DNA from: Candidatus Cloacimonadales bacterium
GTDB lineage: Bacteria > Cloacimonadota > Cloacimonadia > Cloacimonadales > JAFGVF01
Length of the DNA stretch: 64,000 nt
Assembly: GCA_963663475.2 (NCBI GenBank)
Contig: CAXXJV010000001.1
Span: 384,001 to 448,000 of the forward strand
Direction: 5' to 3'
Part shown: in pieces, positions 20,227 through 30,482 of the stretch
Layout of the letters: every line of letters starts with the position of its first letter
Numbering within the stretch: the stretch's first letter is position 1
Position numbers and translations under genes: made by a program
Notes under the pieces: generated by a model
Seen by the model: the letters and a program-made list of their open reading frames with translations, nothing else
Database searches by the model: none
Told to the model about the DNA's origin: nothing

Positions 20227-22593
20227 ATGAAATATTATCAAATAGCCTTAAATATAGATATCGCAAATACATTTACTTATGCAAGTAAAGAGAGTCAAGC
20301 TCTTAACCGAAGGTGCATTGTGCCTTTTGGAAAGACTATTCGAACAGGCATTATTGTAGATGAAGCTAAAGAGATTAATCCCAAAATCAGTTACAAGGAA
20401 ATCATTGAAGTAATTGATAAACAGAATATACTTGCTCCTGATCTATGGAGATTGAGTTTCTGGATGTCTGCTTATTATCACTGTAGTCTCGGTAAGGCTA
20501 TGTTTTCAATGCTCCCCAAGGGAATATCGGTAGAGATACAGACTGAAATCAGGGTAGTAGATGATAAGCTTTTAAAAGACAAGGCAGGATTCCTATTTGA
20601 TATAATAAAGAGTGGTTCTTGGTTTGATTTGAATGAAATCAGAAGTAATTTTTCATCCAAATTAACTTATGCTTTATTAGAGGATCTTGAGAGATTAGCC
20701 TGTATAGAGATTAAAAGAGTTTATGATAAAAAAGTTAAAGTTAAGAAAGCTAACTTTATTTTTTTAGAAGAAGTAGATGAGCTACCAAAGCTTAGTAGTA
20801 AACAAGCAGCTGCTTATGATTTGATTAAGAATAGTGATAAAGTGATTGGTCTTTCACAAATAGCCAAAGACTATTCTTATTCAATTATCAGAGCACTACA
20901 AGAAAAATCACTAATCAAAATTATTCCCCTAGAAGTAAGTGATAATATAGATTTATTGCCAGTTCGAAAAGAAAGAAAAATAGTAAAACTTACTAGTGAA
21001 CAAGCTAGTGTTATTGATAATATTGAAAGAGAACTTGAGAAGTATCAAGTCCACCTCCTCTATGGAATTACTGGAAGCGGTAAAACAGAAGTCTATATAA
21101 GAATAATGGAAAAGATATTGAGTCTAGGTAAAAATGCCCTCTTATTAGTACCAGAAATATCTCTCACACCCCAAGCAGTTGACAGATTCTATAGTGCCTT
21201 TGGAGAAAAGATTGCAATTTTACACAGTCATCTAACTGATAGAGAAAGATTATATGAATGGAAAAGAATAAAGAATCAAGAATGTAGGATTATTATTGGT
21301 GCTAGGTCTGCTATCTTTGCTCCTTTAGAAGATATTGGTTTAATAATAGTTGATGAAGAACATGAAGGTTCATATAAGCAAGATAATAGTCCACGATATA
21401 ATGCCCGTGATTTAGCTGTCATAAGAAGTAAAATCAACAATTGTCCTTTAATTTTAGGTTCAGCCACTCCCTCATTAGAATCTTGGAATAATGCTATTTC
21501 TGGTAAATATGTCCTCAACACGCTACTCAATCGCCCGCAAGGAATATATTTACCACAAGTCCATATAATTGATATGAAAAAGCAGGAGGGAGACTTCTTA
21601 ATATCTCAAGAGTTAATAGAGGCAATTAAGGAAAATTTAGCAAGAAAAGAGCAAACTATTCTTTTCCAGAATAGGCGGGGTTATTCAACCTTCTTACAGT
21701 GCAAAAAGTGTGGAGAGTTAGTAACATGCCCTAATTGTGATATTAGCCTGCATTATCATAGTTATAGTGAAGAAGTAGTCTGCCATTATTGTGGCTATCG
21801 CAAGGCTGTTCCCAGAAAATGTGAGGCCTGTGGTAACTATTCTTTTATGTATGGAGCTGGAGGTACCCAAAAGCTGGAAGAGCAAATCAAGGCACTCTTT
21901 CCTTCTGCCAAGATATTAAGAATGGATTCTGATACGACCAGCAAAAAGAAATCTTATACTGATATGTATGAAATGATGTCAGATGGTTCTATAGACATTC
22001 TAATTGGCACCCAGATGATATCAAAAGGATTAGATTTCCCCAATGTTACCCTTGTTGGAGTTATTTTAGCTGATATAAGTTTGAATCTTCCAGATTTTAG
22101 AGCTTCAGAAAGAGCTTTCCAGTTATTAACTCAAGTAGCAGGACGAGCAGGCAGAGGAGATAAGGTTGGTCAAGTCTATATCCAAACCTATCTTCCAAAT
22201 CATTATGCAATTAAAAATTCAGCTAAACAAGATTTTTTAGCTATGGCAGAAATTGAGCTGCAAATGAGATATAATCTTTTCTATCCACCTCATTTCAGAC
22301 TAGCCAGAATTCTCTTTTCCCATCAGAATGAAAGCACTATTACTAAGCTATTCAACAAACATCAAGGCTTTTTCGATTCCCTCTTTCATAACTATGATTT
22401 TCAAGAACTTAAAGTACTAGGACCTTGTCCTGCTCCTTTAGTTAAAATTAATAATAAATACCGTTATCATGTAATTTTTAAAGGAAAGGACGTAGCAATA
22501 ATCTCTTCGGTGATTAAAGCTTTTAAAGAAGAATTTGCCAAAAAAACTAGTGTTAAAATCGACATAGATATAGACCCATCTTCATTATTATAA
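20227..22593 (+). CDS. priA: Primosomal protein N'
   Basis: GITGSGKTEVY, DEEHE, SATPS, four CxxC pairs, QVAGRAGR. Confidence 0.98.
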   Translation: MKYYQIALNIDIANTFTYASKESQALNRRCIVPFGKTIRTGIIVDEAKEINPKISYKEIIEVIDKQNILAPDLWRLSFWMSAYYHCSLGKAMFSMLPKGISVEIQTEIRVVDDKLLKDKAGFLFDIIKSGSWFDLNEIRSNFSSKLTYALLEDLERLACIEIKRVYDKKVKVKKANFIFLEEVDELPKLSSKQAAAYDLIKNSDKVIGLSQIAKDYSYSIIRALQEKSLIKIIPLEVSDNIDLLPVRKERKIVKLTSEQASVIDNIERELEKYQVHLLYGITGSGKTEVYIRIMEKILSLGKNALLLVPEISLTPQAVDRFYSAFGEKIAILHSHLTDRERLYEWKRIKNQECRIIIGARSAIFAPLEDIGLIIVDEEHEGSYKQDNSPRYNARDLAVIRSKINNCPLILGSATPSLESWNNAISGKYVLNTLLNRPQGIYLPQVHIIDMKKQEGDFLISQELIEAIKENLARKEQTILFQNRRGYSTFLQCKKCGELVTCPNCDISLHYHSYSEEVVCHYCGYRKAVPRKCEACGNYSFMYGAGGTQKLEEQIKALFPSAKILRMDSDTTSKKKSYTDMYEMMSDGSIDILIGTQMISKGLDFPNVTLVGVILADISLNLPDFRASERAFQLLTQVAGRAGRGDKVGQVYIQTYLPNHYAIKNSAKQDFLAMAEIELQMRYNLFYPPHFRLARILFSHQNESTITKLFNKHQGFFDSLFHNYDFQELKVLGPCPAPLVKINNKYRYHVIFKGKDVAIISSVIKAFKEEFAKKTSVKIDIDIDPSSLL

Positions 22594-22658
22594 AAATATA
22601 TCTTGCCATTATAATAAAGTAATGTTTACATGGCCTCATAACAATAAGTGAGGTAAAC

Positions 22659-24305
22659 ATGGTTTTTCTTATAATAGCATTGTTAAGTTCTCCGCTATTT
22701 GTTCAAGCATATGAAATAGTTTGGAGAACAAATTTTGAGAATGAAGAAGGTTACGGTTATAACGGAGATAATTTATACTTACCTACAGATGAGTGGAGTA
22801 TTGATTTACGGGGAACATCTTTATCTAATCGCTATTACAAAGTAGAAAATGGTATTCTAGAAGGTAAAAGATTTTTATGTTCATACCAACTTAATGACAA
22901 TCTTGAAGGAGTAATCTGGCAGAGTCGAGAAATCTTGCTTAATGCAAATCAAGATTACTATTGTCTTTTTTCTTTAGGAACTTCTAGCAACTGGGATCAA
23001 GGTTATACTGGCTTATTATGTGATTTTATCAAGCTAGGTTATTATGATGATAATCAGAATTATCATCAAGTCTATTTAAAAGACGGTGTAACTAATCGGG
23101 GAAGAATAACTGGTATGATCAGGAATACAAGTTCATGTAAGCTAGTAGTTGAAGTAGATATGAATGCTTATGATGAATTTTTTCATTTAATATCTGCAGG
23201 GATATATAAAGCTACTTCACTGGGTAATTCTTCCGACTTGATCATCAGCAAACTCTGTTCTCCTAGTTTTTTCGAAGGGGATGAAAGATATATCCAAATT
23301 ACTAACATAGGAAGCCAACTTATCGATCTTTCCCACTACAGTCTAGAAGCAATACACAATAATAATGTACTTAAGACTTGGGATTTACAAGGACTGATTA
23401 TCCCTAAAGAAAGTCTGGTAATTGGGGATACTGATGCAGATGATCTTTTCTGTGATATAGGAGACAATACTTGGTCTAGAAAGAATCTTTCTTGGCAAGG
23501 GATAACAACAGACAATGATGGAGCACAATTAGTTAGGGCAAACAGCAAAGAAATAACAGATAAGGTTGTAGGGGTAAATTTCAATAATGGCTATGCAGTA
23601 AGAGATTATTCAGCTCTATTAGCTACTAATGAAACAGATCCTAGCTCTTGGAACTATTATGAGATTGATTCTGCTAGTCAATCATATCCAGGAGTATTTG
23701 ATATTGATCAAAGTCTGCCTGTTGAACTTCTATCAACAAATTTTCAATTCACTGATGCTGGTTTTTCCTTTACTTGGACAAGCCAACAGGAAACTAATCT
23801 TATAGGATATAACCTATATTATTGGTCAAGAGAAGACCTTGCTATGGCAATTAAAGTTAATTCTCACATGATATTTGCCAACAATTCAGTACAATTTAAT
23901 TCTTATTCTTATCCTTTGACTGAACTTGCTAGTTCAGGTTATCTGTGGTTAGAAATAGTTTCCAGCAATCAGGCAAGTATTTTTACTAAAGCCACTTATT
24001 ACAATAAAGATAATTTAGCAGATAATCAAGATGCTCTAGAAATTATAGATTCAGAAATAATAGCAGTCTATCCAAATCCTTTTGGTTTGGGAGCTTTACT
24101 GGAAATTAAGCAAAAACAAGAGGAGATTGAGCAAATTTGCCTTTATAATATTAAAGGTCAATTAGTAGGAGAGGTTACAGTTCAAAAATCTGTTGGTAAA
24201 TATAAGCTTGATAAAGTAACCGCTAACCTAGCTAGTGGAATCTATTTTCTGCAAGTAAAATTTAAAAATTCAGTAATAAATAAGAAACTTATCTTGACTA
24301 AATAA
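22659..24305 (+). CDS. Secreted protein with a lamin-tail-like domain and a T9SS-type C-terminal sorting domain
   Basis: Signal peptide, YIQITNIGSQLIDLSHYSL, LPVEL, C-terminal VYPNPF..YNIKGQLV..LASGIYFL..KKLILTK. Confidence 0.8.
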   Translation: MVFLIIALLSSPLFVQAYEIVWRTNFENEEGYGYNGDNLYLPTDEWSIDLRGTSLSNRYYKVENGILEGKRFLCSYQLNDNLEGVIWQSREILLNANQDYYCLFSLGTSSNWDQGYTGLLCDFIKLGYYDDNQNYHQVYLKDGVTNRGRITGMIRNTSSCKLVVEVDMNAYDEFFHLISAGIYKATSLGNSSDLIISKLCSPSFFEGDERYIQITNIGSQLIDLSHYSLEAIHNNNVLKTWDLQGLIIPKESLVIGDTDADDLFCDIGDNTWSRKNLSWQGITTDNDGAQLVRANSKEITDKVVGVNFNNGYAVRDYSALLATNETDPSSWNYYEIDSASQSYPGVFDIDQSLPVELLSTNFQFTDAGFSFTWTSQQETNLIGYNLYYWSREDLAMAIKVNSHMIFANNSVQFNSYSYPLTELASSGYLWLEIVSSNQASIFTKATYYNKDNLADNQDALEIIDSEIIAVYPNPFGLGALLEIKQKQEEIEQICLYNIKGQLVGEVTVQKSVGKYKLDKVTANLASGIYFLQVKFKNSVINKKLILTK

Positions 24306-24467
24306 GATTTAATTATTGTATGTTATAAAAAGTGATTTATCTTGTTTTAAATGCTGTTAAATAAACAATAAGGGAAGATAAAATAAATGAAAATTGTGTA
24401 AAATATTTATTCAGCTCAAGGATAATTGAGTTTATTTATATTTATCAAAAAAAAGAATGAGGGTAGA

Positions 24468-27400
24468 ATGAAAAAACTTATCTTTATAATGCTAATTATA
24501 GCCAATGTGTGGACACTCTTAGCAATAACTAAAGAGGTCATAGATAATGAGTCCCAGTTAATTATAGAAGTAACTAACAATGATTTTAAGATTTCTGATG
24601 AAGGAGATTTTCTTAGTATAACTGCCCCCAATACCTCTTCTGGTGGCCAAGCTGGACAAGCTAATATTCCTTATTATGTCATGCAATTATCTACACCAGA
24701 GAACTTTACTCCGCAAGTAAGTATAAATGTTTTAGAATCCAAAACTATTTCTCTGAGCAAGGCAATTCAACCAATACCTGATGTTGTAAAAGGTAAATCT
24801 ACAAACAGATATATTTATCAACTTAAAGAAGATAAATATAGAGAGAAATTACCTCAAATTCAGATTTCCCCAAATCAAAACTTTAGGTCTATATCTTTTA
24901 CAGAAATCAGATTTAACCCTTTTCAATACAATTATGATAATAAAACTTTGGAAATCATAACAAAAGCTGAACTTATTACTTGGATCCCTAAGTCTAAGAC
25001 TAAAGGCAAGCAGTTAGATAGACTTGAAAATGATTTTGTTACTGGATTAATTCAACCTGAAGAATACCATGTAGCTAAAGTAAAATACCGTGATATAAAC
25101 TTCAGTGATTTTTCTGTGGCTAATCACTGGTATAAAATTGAAGTTGACCAAGACGGTATCCAGGCTCTTACTTATAATAAGCTCCAGGACCTACTTCCAG
25201 TTGATGATATTGACCCAAGGAACTTTAGAATATTTACCACTGGTGGACAGAAGATGTATGAAAAAGAAGCAGATGCTGGCAATCCTTTTAGGGAAATACC
25301 TCTCTTAATTGAAGGTGAAGCTGATGGCTCTTTTGATAATAATGATAGAATTATTTTCTATGCAAGAGATAGAAATGATTATGATTACCTCAGTAAGTTA
25401 AGCGACTTCATGGCTATCAACCCCTATTCTGATAAGGGTATCTACTGGTTAACATTTGATGCTGTTTTAAGCTCCTTGCCCCTAAGAATGGACTATGAAA
25501 CTGATTTAACTTCTCCAAACATTACAAGAAGTAATAATCCCCAATCAAGTAGATATGAAAGAGAGTTTTATAAAAGGCTTCAGACTAATCTTTACTGGTA
25601 TTCAAATTTCTTAACAGGAAGCTCAACTACAACAAATTCCTTTGATTTATCTGTTTCTGATCTTGACCCTTCAGATAATAACGCCAACAGTAGAGTTAAA
25701 GCTGTCTTAATCGAAGAGTATAACGGATCTTCCTATTCCTCTAAAAGACATGAAGCTTATCTGTCCCTTAACAACCTAAAAGTTTCTGATAATAATGTCT
25801 GGTATGGCTACACTTACAAAGAAATCATAGGTCAAGCTAACAATCTTACCAACGGTAATAATAGTGTTTCTGTTACTATTGAAAGAAATAGATCTGATAA
25901 TCTCTATCTTGATTATATAGAAATTCAATACATAATGAAAAATATAAAACACTCAGGCAAGCAATTAGGTATTAATTTTAGAGATGAAGATCTTGGCCAA
26001 ACTATTAGATATTCTGTAGAAGGATCCTTTAGTTCAAATACAAGAATCTTCTCAACTAATGATATCTATGATGTGAAAATGCTTAACTATTCTCTGCAAG
26101 GTAATTCCCTCAGATTCAATGGCTTTACCCCCTTTTCTAACCTTAATAAATCAGAATACTATGTGCCTAAATTCTACGTTACCAACAATGACTACCTTAC
26201 ACCTAATATTGAAGCTGTTGAACCTGTAGATATAATTTCTCAGTCCCTTAATAAAGAAAGTATCATTATTTATCCTAATGACTTCTCTGAGCAAGCCTTG
26301 AGACTTAAAGCTATCTACGAAAATATTTATAATTCACCAACAGTAGCTCTTAACTTGACAGATATTTTCAACCAGTTCTCTGGTGGAATGGATGATCCTA
26401 CTGCTATCAGAAACTTCCTTTCCCATCTCTATAGCTTAGAAGTTGGTAAAAACTTGCATTATGTAACTCTACTAGGTATTGGTACTTATGATTGGAAAAA
26501 CTATAAAGCCTTTTCTGCTGATAAAAATCAAATGATTATCTATCAACAAGGGAACTCCTCAACTAATGATGCTGTAACTTCTGATGACTATTTTGCTTAT
26601 CTTACTCAAAACAGATTCCCTGAACTTGCCATAGGTAGATATCCAGCTAAAAATCAAAATGAATTAAACATGATGCTGGATAAATTTGAAGTATATTCAA
26701 ATAAAGACTTTACTATTGACTGGTGGAGAAATACAGGCCTCTTTGTAGCTGATGATTTGAAAAATGGTACTGCTACAAATGAGACTAGTCATACTGTCCA
26801 GCTAAATCAAGCTATAGATAATGCTCCTCCGTCTCTCATTAATGAAAGAATTTATGCTTATCTCTATGAACCTGACGAGTTTGGTAAGAAACCAAATGCT
26901 CGTAAAGACTTTATTGACGCTATAAATCAAGGAGCGCTTTTAACTTATTACTCAGGACATGGATCTTATGACCAATTAGGTACTGAGGCTTATTTCCGCC
27001 AAGGTATTGACACTCCCCTCCTCACAAACGACCTAAAAAGAACTTTCTTTATATCAGCAGCTTGTGATGTTTCTCAGTTCGATAGTCCTGACTTTGATTG
27101 TTTATCTTCTGATCTACTCAAATATGATGCTGGCGGTGCTATTGCAACTTATGGATCTACCAGACTTTGTTACATTCCAAACAATAATATTATGGTAGGA
27201 AATCTCCTATATTTTGCTTTAGATAATAGACATGATATTGGTACTGCTATTATGCTATCAAAGACAAGAGAAACATCTTCAGATTCTAATACCATAAACC
27301 AATCTAAATATATACTCTTTGGAGATCCCCATCTGGAAATAACCCCTCCTGAAAGCAGAAATAATATTGTATTTGAAAATAATACAAACTCTTTCAAAGC

Positions 27401-28349
27401 TAGAGAGACTGTTAAGTTCTCAGGGGAACTAGCTTCTACTAATATCCAACTAGCTAAAATCTTAGCTTTTCAATCTGATACTTTTACCAGTTTGGGGGGT
27501 CGAGATATACTCCTACCTGGAAACTATATCTTTAATGGTCAAACAAGTTTAACTAATGGTCTATACTCTTCAGCCTTTGTTGTACCTGATGATATAACTG
27601 ATGGAGAATTAGGTAAAATATTAGTTTATGGTATAGATGAATCTAGTAATCAAGAGTTTTTGGATTATTATTATCCGGTAGAATTTGCTGGTCAAAGCTC
27701 CAATATTGTAAATGATTCACCACCAGAAATATCACTTTGGTTAGAATCATACGACTTCAGAGAGGGAGATGTAGTTTCCCAAAATCCACTGCTCCTTGTT
27801 GAAATTAGTGATGAGAACGGAATTAATGTTTCTGGTGGTTCAGGACATCAACTACTCTTAATGATAGATAATGACTTCAATTCTTATGACATTACTCCAT
27901 TTTTCAAATATGATATTGATTCTTATCAGTCTGGTAAATTAGAATATCTTATCAATGACCTTAATCCAGGTAACCACATTCTTAAAATACTAGCTTTTGA
28001 TAACCTTAATCAACCATCTGTAAAAACTACAAGCTTTAAAGTTAGTGATTCATCTGAAATTTCCATCTCAAACATCCTACCTTACCCAAACCCTATGCCT
28101 AAAAGTGGAGGCGATTTTACCTTCATGCTTAGTAGTGATGCTGAGATAAATATTGATATCTATACCTTTACTGGTAAAAAAATTAATAGTCTCAAATCAT
28201 TTGCCACTAAAGGCTTTAATACAGTTAGGTGGAATGGCAGAGATAAATCAGGGGACCAACTGGCTAATAATACTTATTTCTATATCATTAAAGCTACTGC
28301 TGAAGGGAAAAGTGTAAGTAAGAGAGAAAAATTTATAATACTAGATTAA
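24468..28349 (+). CDS. porU: PorU-like peptidase C25 (gingipain-family sortase) with C-terminal FlgD-Ig/CTD
   Basis: Signal peptide, WYKIEVDQDG, NPYSD..YWL, IFNQFSGG.DPTAIRNF, SDDYF, IGRYP, YSGHG and AAC (His/Cys dyad), LFGDP, YPNP..WNGRD; start at ATG 24468 with GAGGG RBS. Confidence 0.82.
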   Translation: MKKLIFIMLIIANVWTLLAITKEVIDNESQLIIEVTNNDFKISDEGDFLSITAPNTSSGGQAGQANIPYYVMQLSTPENFTPQVSINVLESKTISLSKAIQPIPDVVKGKSTNRYIYQLKEDKYREKLPQIQISPNQNFRSISFTEIRFNPFQYNYDNKTLEIITKAELITWIPKSKTKGKQLDRLENDFVTGLIQPEEYHVAKVKYRDINFSDFSVANHWYKIEVDQDGIQALTYNKLQDLLPVDDIDPRNFRIFTTGGQKMYEKEADAGNPFREIPLLIEGEADGSFDNNDRIIFYARDRNDYDYLSKLSDFMAINPYSDKGIYWLTFDAVLSSLPLRMDYETDLTSPNITRSNNPQSSRYEREFYKRLQTNLYWYSNFLTGSSTTTNSFDLSVSDLDPSDNNANSRVKAVLIEEYNGSSYSSKRHEAYLSLNNLKVSDNNVWYGYTYKEIIGQANNLTNGNNSVSVTIERNRSDNLYLDYIEIQYIMKNIKHSGKQLGINFRDEDLGQTIRYSVEGSFSSNTRIFSTNDIYDVKMLNYSLQGNSLRFNGFTPFSNLNKSEYYVPKFYVTNNDYLTPNIEAVEPVDIISQSLNKESIIIYPNDFSEQALRLKAIYENIYNSPTVALNLTDIFNQFSGGMDDPTAIRNFLSHLYSLEVGKNLHYVTLLGIGTYDWKNYKAFSADKNQMIIYQQGNSSTNDAVTSDDYFAYLTQNRFPELAIGRYPAKNQNELNMMLDKFEVYSNKDFTIDWWRNTGLFVADDLKNGTATNETSHTVQLNQAIDNAPPSLINERIYAYLYEPDEFGKKPNARKDFIDAINQGALLTYYSGHGSYDQLGTEAYFRQGIDTPLLTNDLKRTFFISAACDVSQFDSPDFDCLSSDLLKYDAGGAIATYGSTRLCYIPNNNIMVGNLLYFALDNRHDIGTAIMLSKTRETSSDSNTINQSKYILFGDPHLEITPPESRNNIVFENNTNSFKARETVKFSGELASTNIQLAKILAFQSDTFTSLGGRDILLPGNYIFNGQTSLTNGLYSSAFVVPDDITDGELGKILVYGIDESSNQEFLDYYYPVEFAGQSSNIVNDSPPEISLWLESYDFREGDVVSQNPLLLVEISDENGINVSGGSGHQLLLMIDNDFNSYDITPFFKYDIDSYQSGKLEYLINDLNPGNHILKILAFDNLNQPSVKTTSFKVSDSSEISISNILPYPNPMPKSGGDFTFMLSSDAEINIDIYTFTGKKINSLKSFATKGFNTVRWNGRDKSGDQLANNTYFYIIKATAEGKSVSKREKFIILD

Positions 28350-28359
28350 TAGAGGAAAA

Positions 28360-29379
28360 ATGCTAAAACAAAATAAAAGAGTAATAGAAAAAAATCTATC
28401 TCTTAAGAAGATTAATAACCTAATCTTAGGAAACACATCACGTCTTATTTCTAATTTTACTCATAAGAGCCATATTTGGGGTTATCCGACCGCTGTAATG
28501 ATTGAACCGACCAATATATGCAATTTGAAATGCCCTCTTTGTCCATCTGGAAATGGGACTCTTAAGCGAGCTAAAGGATATATGAAATTATCACTCTTTA
28601 AAAAAGTGATAGATGAAATTAAAGATTACTCAACTATGGTTATTCTGTGGAATCAAGGAGAACCTTACCTCAATCCAGAGATTAACCAAATGATTAAGTA
28701 TGCAACTGATGCGGGACTATTCACCTTAATTTCTACAAACCTTAATGCTGATATGGATGCTGAAGCAGTAGTTAAATCAGGTATCGACAGTATGATTGTT
28801 TCTCTTGATGGAGCCACTCAGGAAACTTATAATCAATATAGGGTTAATGGAGAATTGGATAAAGTGCTAGCTAATGTAAAAGCCCTTGTGCAAGCAAAAA
28901 AGAAACTTAATTCTCCAAGTCCAATAATTAGATGGCAATTCCTTGTCATGAAACATAATGAGCATGAAATTGAACAAATAAAGCAGATGGCTAAAGAACT
29001 TGAAGTTGATCAACTCAGCTTTAAAACAATCCAAATCTATACTAAGGAAGATATTAAATTCTTACCTGATAATCCTAAGTATAGACGCTACAATATCTCA
29101 GGAAATGATTTTGAAATTAAGTTTAAAATGGAAAATAAGTGCCGAAGAATGTGGCAACAACCAGTTGTAAATTGGAATGGTGATGTTGCTATTTGCTGCT
29201 TTGATAAAGATATTGATTTCCCTGTAGGCAATGTAAGAGACCAATCATTACTATCAATCTGGCATGGGAAAGATTTTCAAAAGATGAGAAATGCAATTCT
29301 TACAAATAGGAAAGCCTTTGAAATCTGTAGAAATTGTGGAGAAGGTGTAAAGTTAAGAATTCAAGAAAAGAATAACTAA
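28360..29379 (+). CDS. Radical SAM protein with SPASM/twitch domain
   Basis: CNLKCPLC, GEP, C-terminal C..W....G....CC.D....GN....C..C. Confidence 0.92.
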   Translation: MLKQNKRVIEKNLSLKKINNLILGNTSRLISNFTHKSHIWGYPTAVMIEPTNICNLKCPLCPSGNGTLKRAKGYMKLSLFKKVIDEIKDYSTMVILWNQGEPYLNPEINQMIKYATDAGLFTLISTNLNADMDAEAVVKSGIDSMIVSLDGATQETYNQYRVNGELDKVLANVKALVQAKKKLNSPSPIIRWQFLVMKHNEHEIEQIKQMAKELEVDQLSFKTIQIYTKEDIKFLPDNPKYRRYNISGNDFEIKFKMENKCRRMWQQPVVNWNGDVAICCFDKDIDFPVGNVRDQSLLSIWHGKDFQKMRNAILTNRKAFEICRNCGEGVKLRIQEKNN

Positions 29380-29383
29380 CTAA

Positions 29384-29468
29384 TCCCAGCTAGTGTAGTA
29401 GAACTTTAGTAATACTTGGCTAAAGCTACGTATCACAGGTGAAGAGTGCAGATTATTCTTCTGCAAAA
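29384..29468 (+). repeat. Left half of long-variant MITE family A
   Basis: gtagaactttagtaatacttggctaaagctacgtatcacaggtgaagagtgc matches the left part of the 11333 copy. Confidence 0.8.
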
Positions 29469-29472
29469 TTAA

Positions 29473-29635
29473 ACCCAGATAGTGTAGTAGAGCTTTAGTG
29501 AAGAGTGCAGATTATTCTAGCAAAATAGCTTACAGAATTTTGACGCATATATTTTATATATTCGGAGAAATTATGGAAGTTACTTTTGCAGAAGAATATA
29601 GTGCTGTTCACAAAGGTCTACTGCATTATTTGGGT
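29473..29635 (+). mobile_element. Fold-back MITE family A, full 163-bp copy
   Basis: Near-identical to 16353-16515. Confidence 0.9.
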
Positions 29636-29805
29636 TAAAACTCCTATAAGGGGTGCAGGCTACTGGCAAAGTCAAATTCTCTGAGCCCTGGAAGGACGAC
29701 ATTATTATTGCATTCTCAGATGTTAACAGAATCACCGTTCGAAGTCCCTTACCTAGCATTGAGAATGGTCAACTTTTGTTTAGCAATTGGCCTTTCCTTG
29801 CTTAT

Positions 29806-29866
29806 TCCTTTCTTTACACTCTTTCGATGAAAGTCCAGATTTCATCGAAAGAGTGTAAAGGAAGGA
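29806..29866. repeat. Long palindrome family B, copy 2
   Basis: ctttacactctttcgatgaaa-gtccaga-tttcatcgaaagagtgtaaag. Confidence 0.9.
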
Positions 29867-29899
29867 TTAGGGATGCAATAGTCTATTTTTATAAATTTA

Positions 29900-29960
29900 T
29901 CCCGAATAGTGCAGGAGAGCTTTAGAGAAGATTTCAATAATTTTCTGCAAAAGTAAGCTA
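29900..29960 (+). repeat. Partial MITE family A copy
   Basis: tcccgaatagtgcaggagagctttagagaag left end. Confidence 0.7.
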
Positions 29961-30195
29961 GGTAAATTGGCTCAAGTTCAAGTCTGGTGGCAATAATATA
30001 GGAAAATGAGAATATTCATTACTATATTGATTCATCAAAAATCCCTGAAAGGGATAAAAAATAATTTAGCCCAGGGTAAGATGCTGACTTATGAAGGCGT
30101 AGCTTTAGCGAAGATTCAAAGTATCGCAACCCTGGATAATGATGGCAACCCAAAGATATTACTCTGTAAGGGTTTAATAAAAGGATAAATAATGT

Positions 30196-30248
30196 AAAAA
30201 AAAAGCCAACATCTTACATAGGTTTATTTTCCTAAACAAGTGTTGGCT
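30196..30248 (-). terminator. Probable intrinsic terminator for ackA
   Basis: agccaaca/tgttggct stem with a T-run on the minus strand. Confidence 0.65.
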
Positions 30249-30318
30249 ATATATTTATTAAATCTTAAATTTATAGATTGAGCTAGTAAATACTAAGCAA
30301 ATCTAAAAATTTCAATTA

Positions 30319-30482
30319 ACCCGAATGGTGCAGTAGAACTTTGATGAAGAGTGCTAGATTCTTTTAGCAAAATAAGTTACAGAATTTGAAGGCATATAAT
30401 ATATATATTCCTGAAAATTATGTAGCTTACTTTTGCAAAAGAAGATAGTGCTATTCGCAAAGGTCTACTGCATTATTTGGGA
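30319..30482 (+). mobile_element. Fold-back MITE family A, full copy abutting the ackA stop codon
   Basis: acccgaatggtgcagtagaacttt ... aaaggtctactgcattatttggga. Confidence 0.9.

Noticed and set aside
29653-30188. 90-aa and 60-aa ORFs
   Set aside because: They run through repeat families B, E and A and have no recognisable protein motifs; probably spurious
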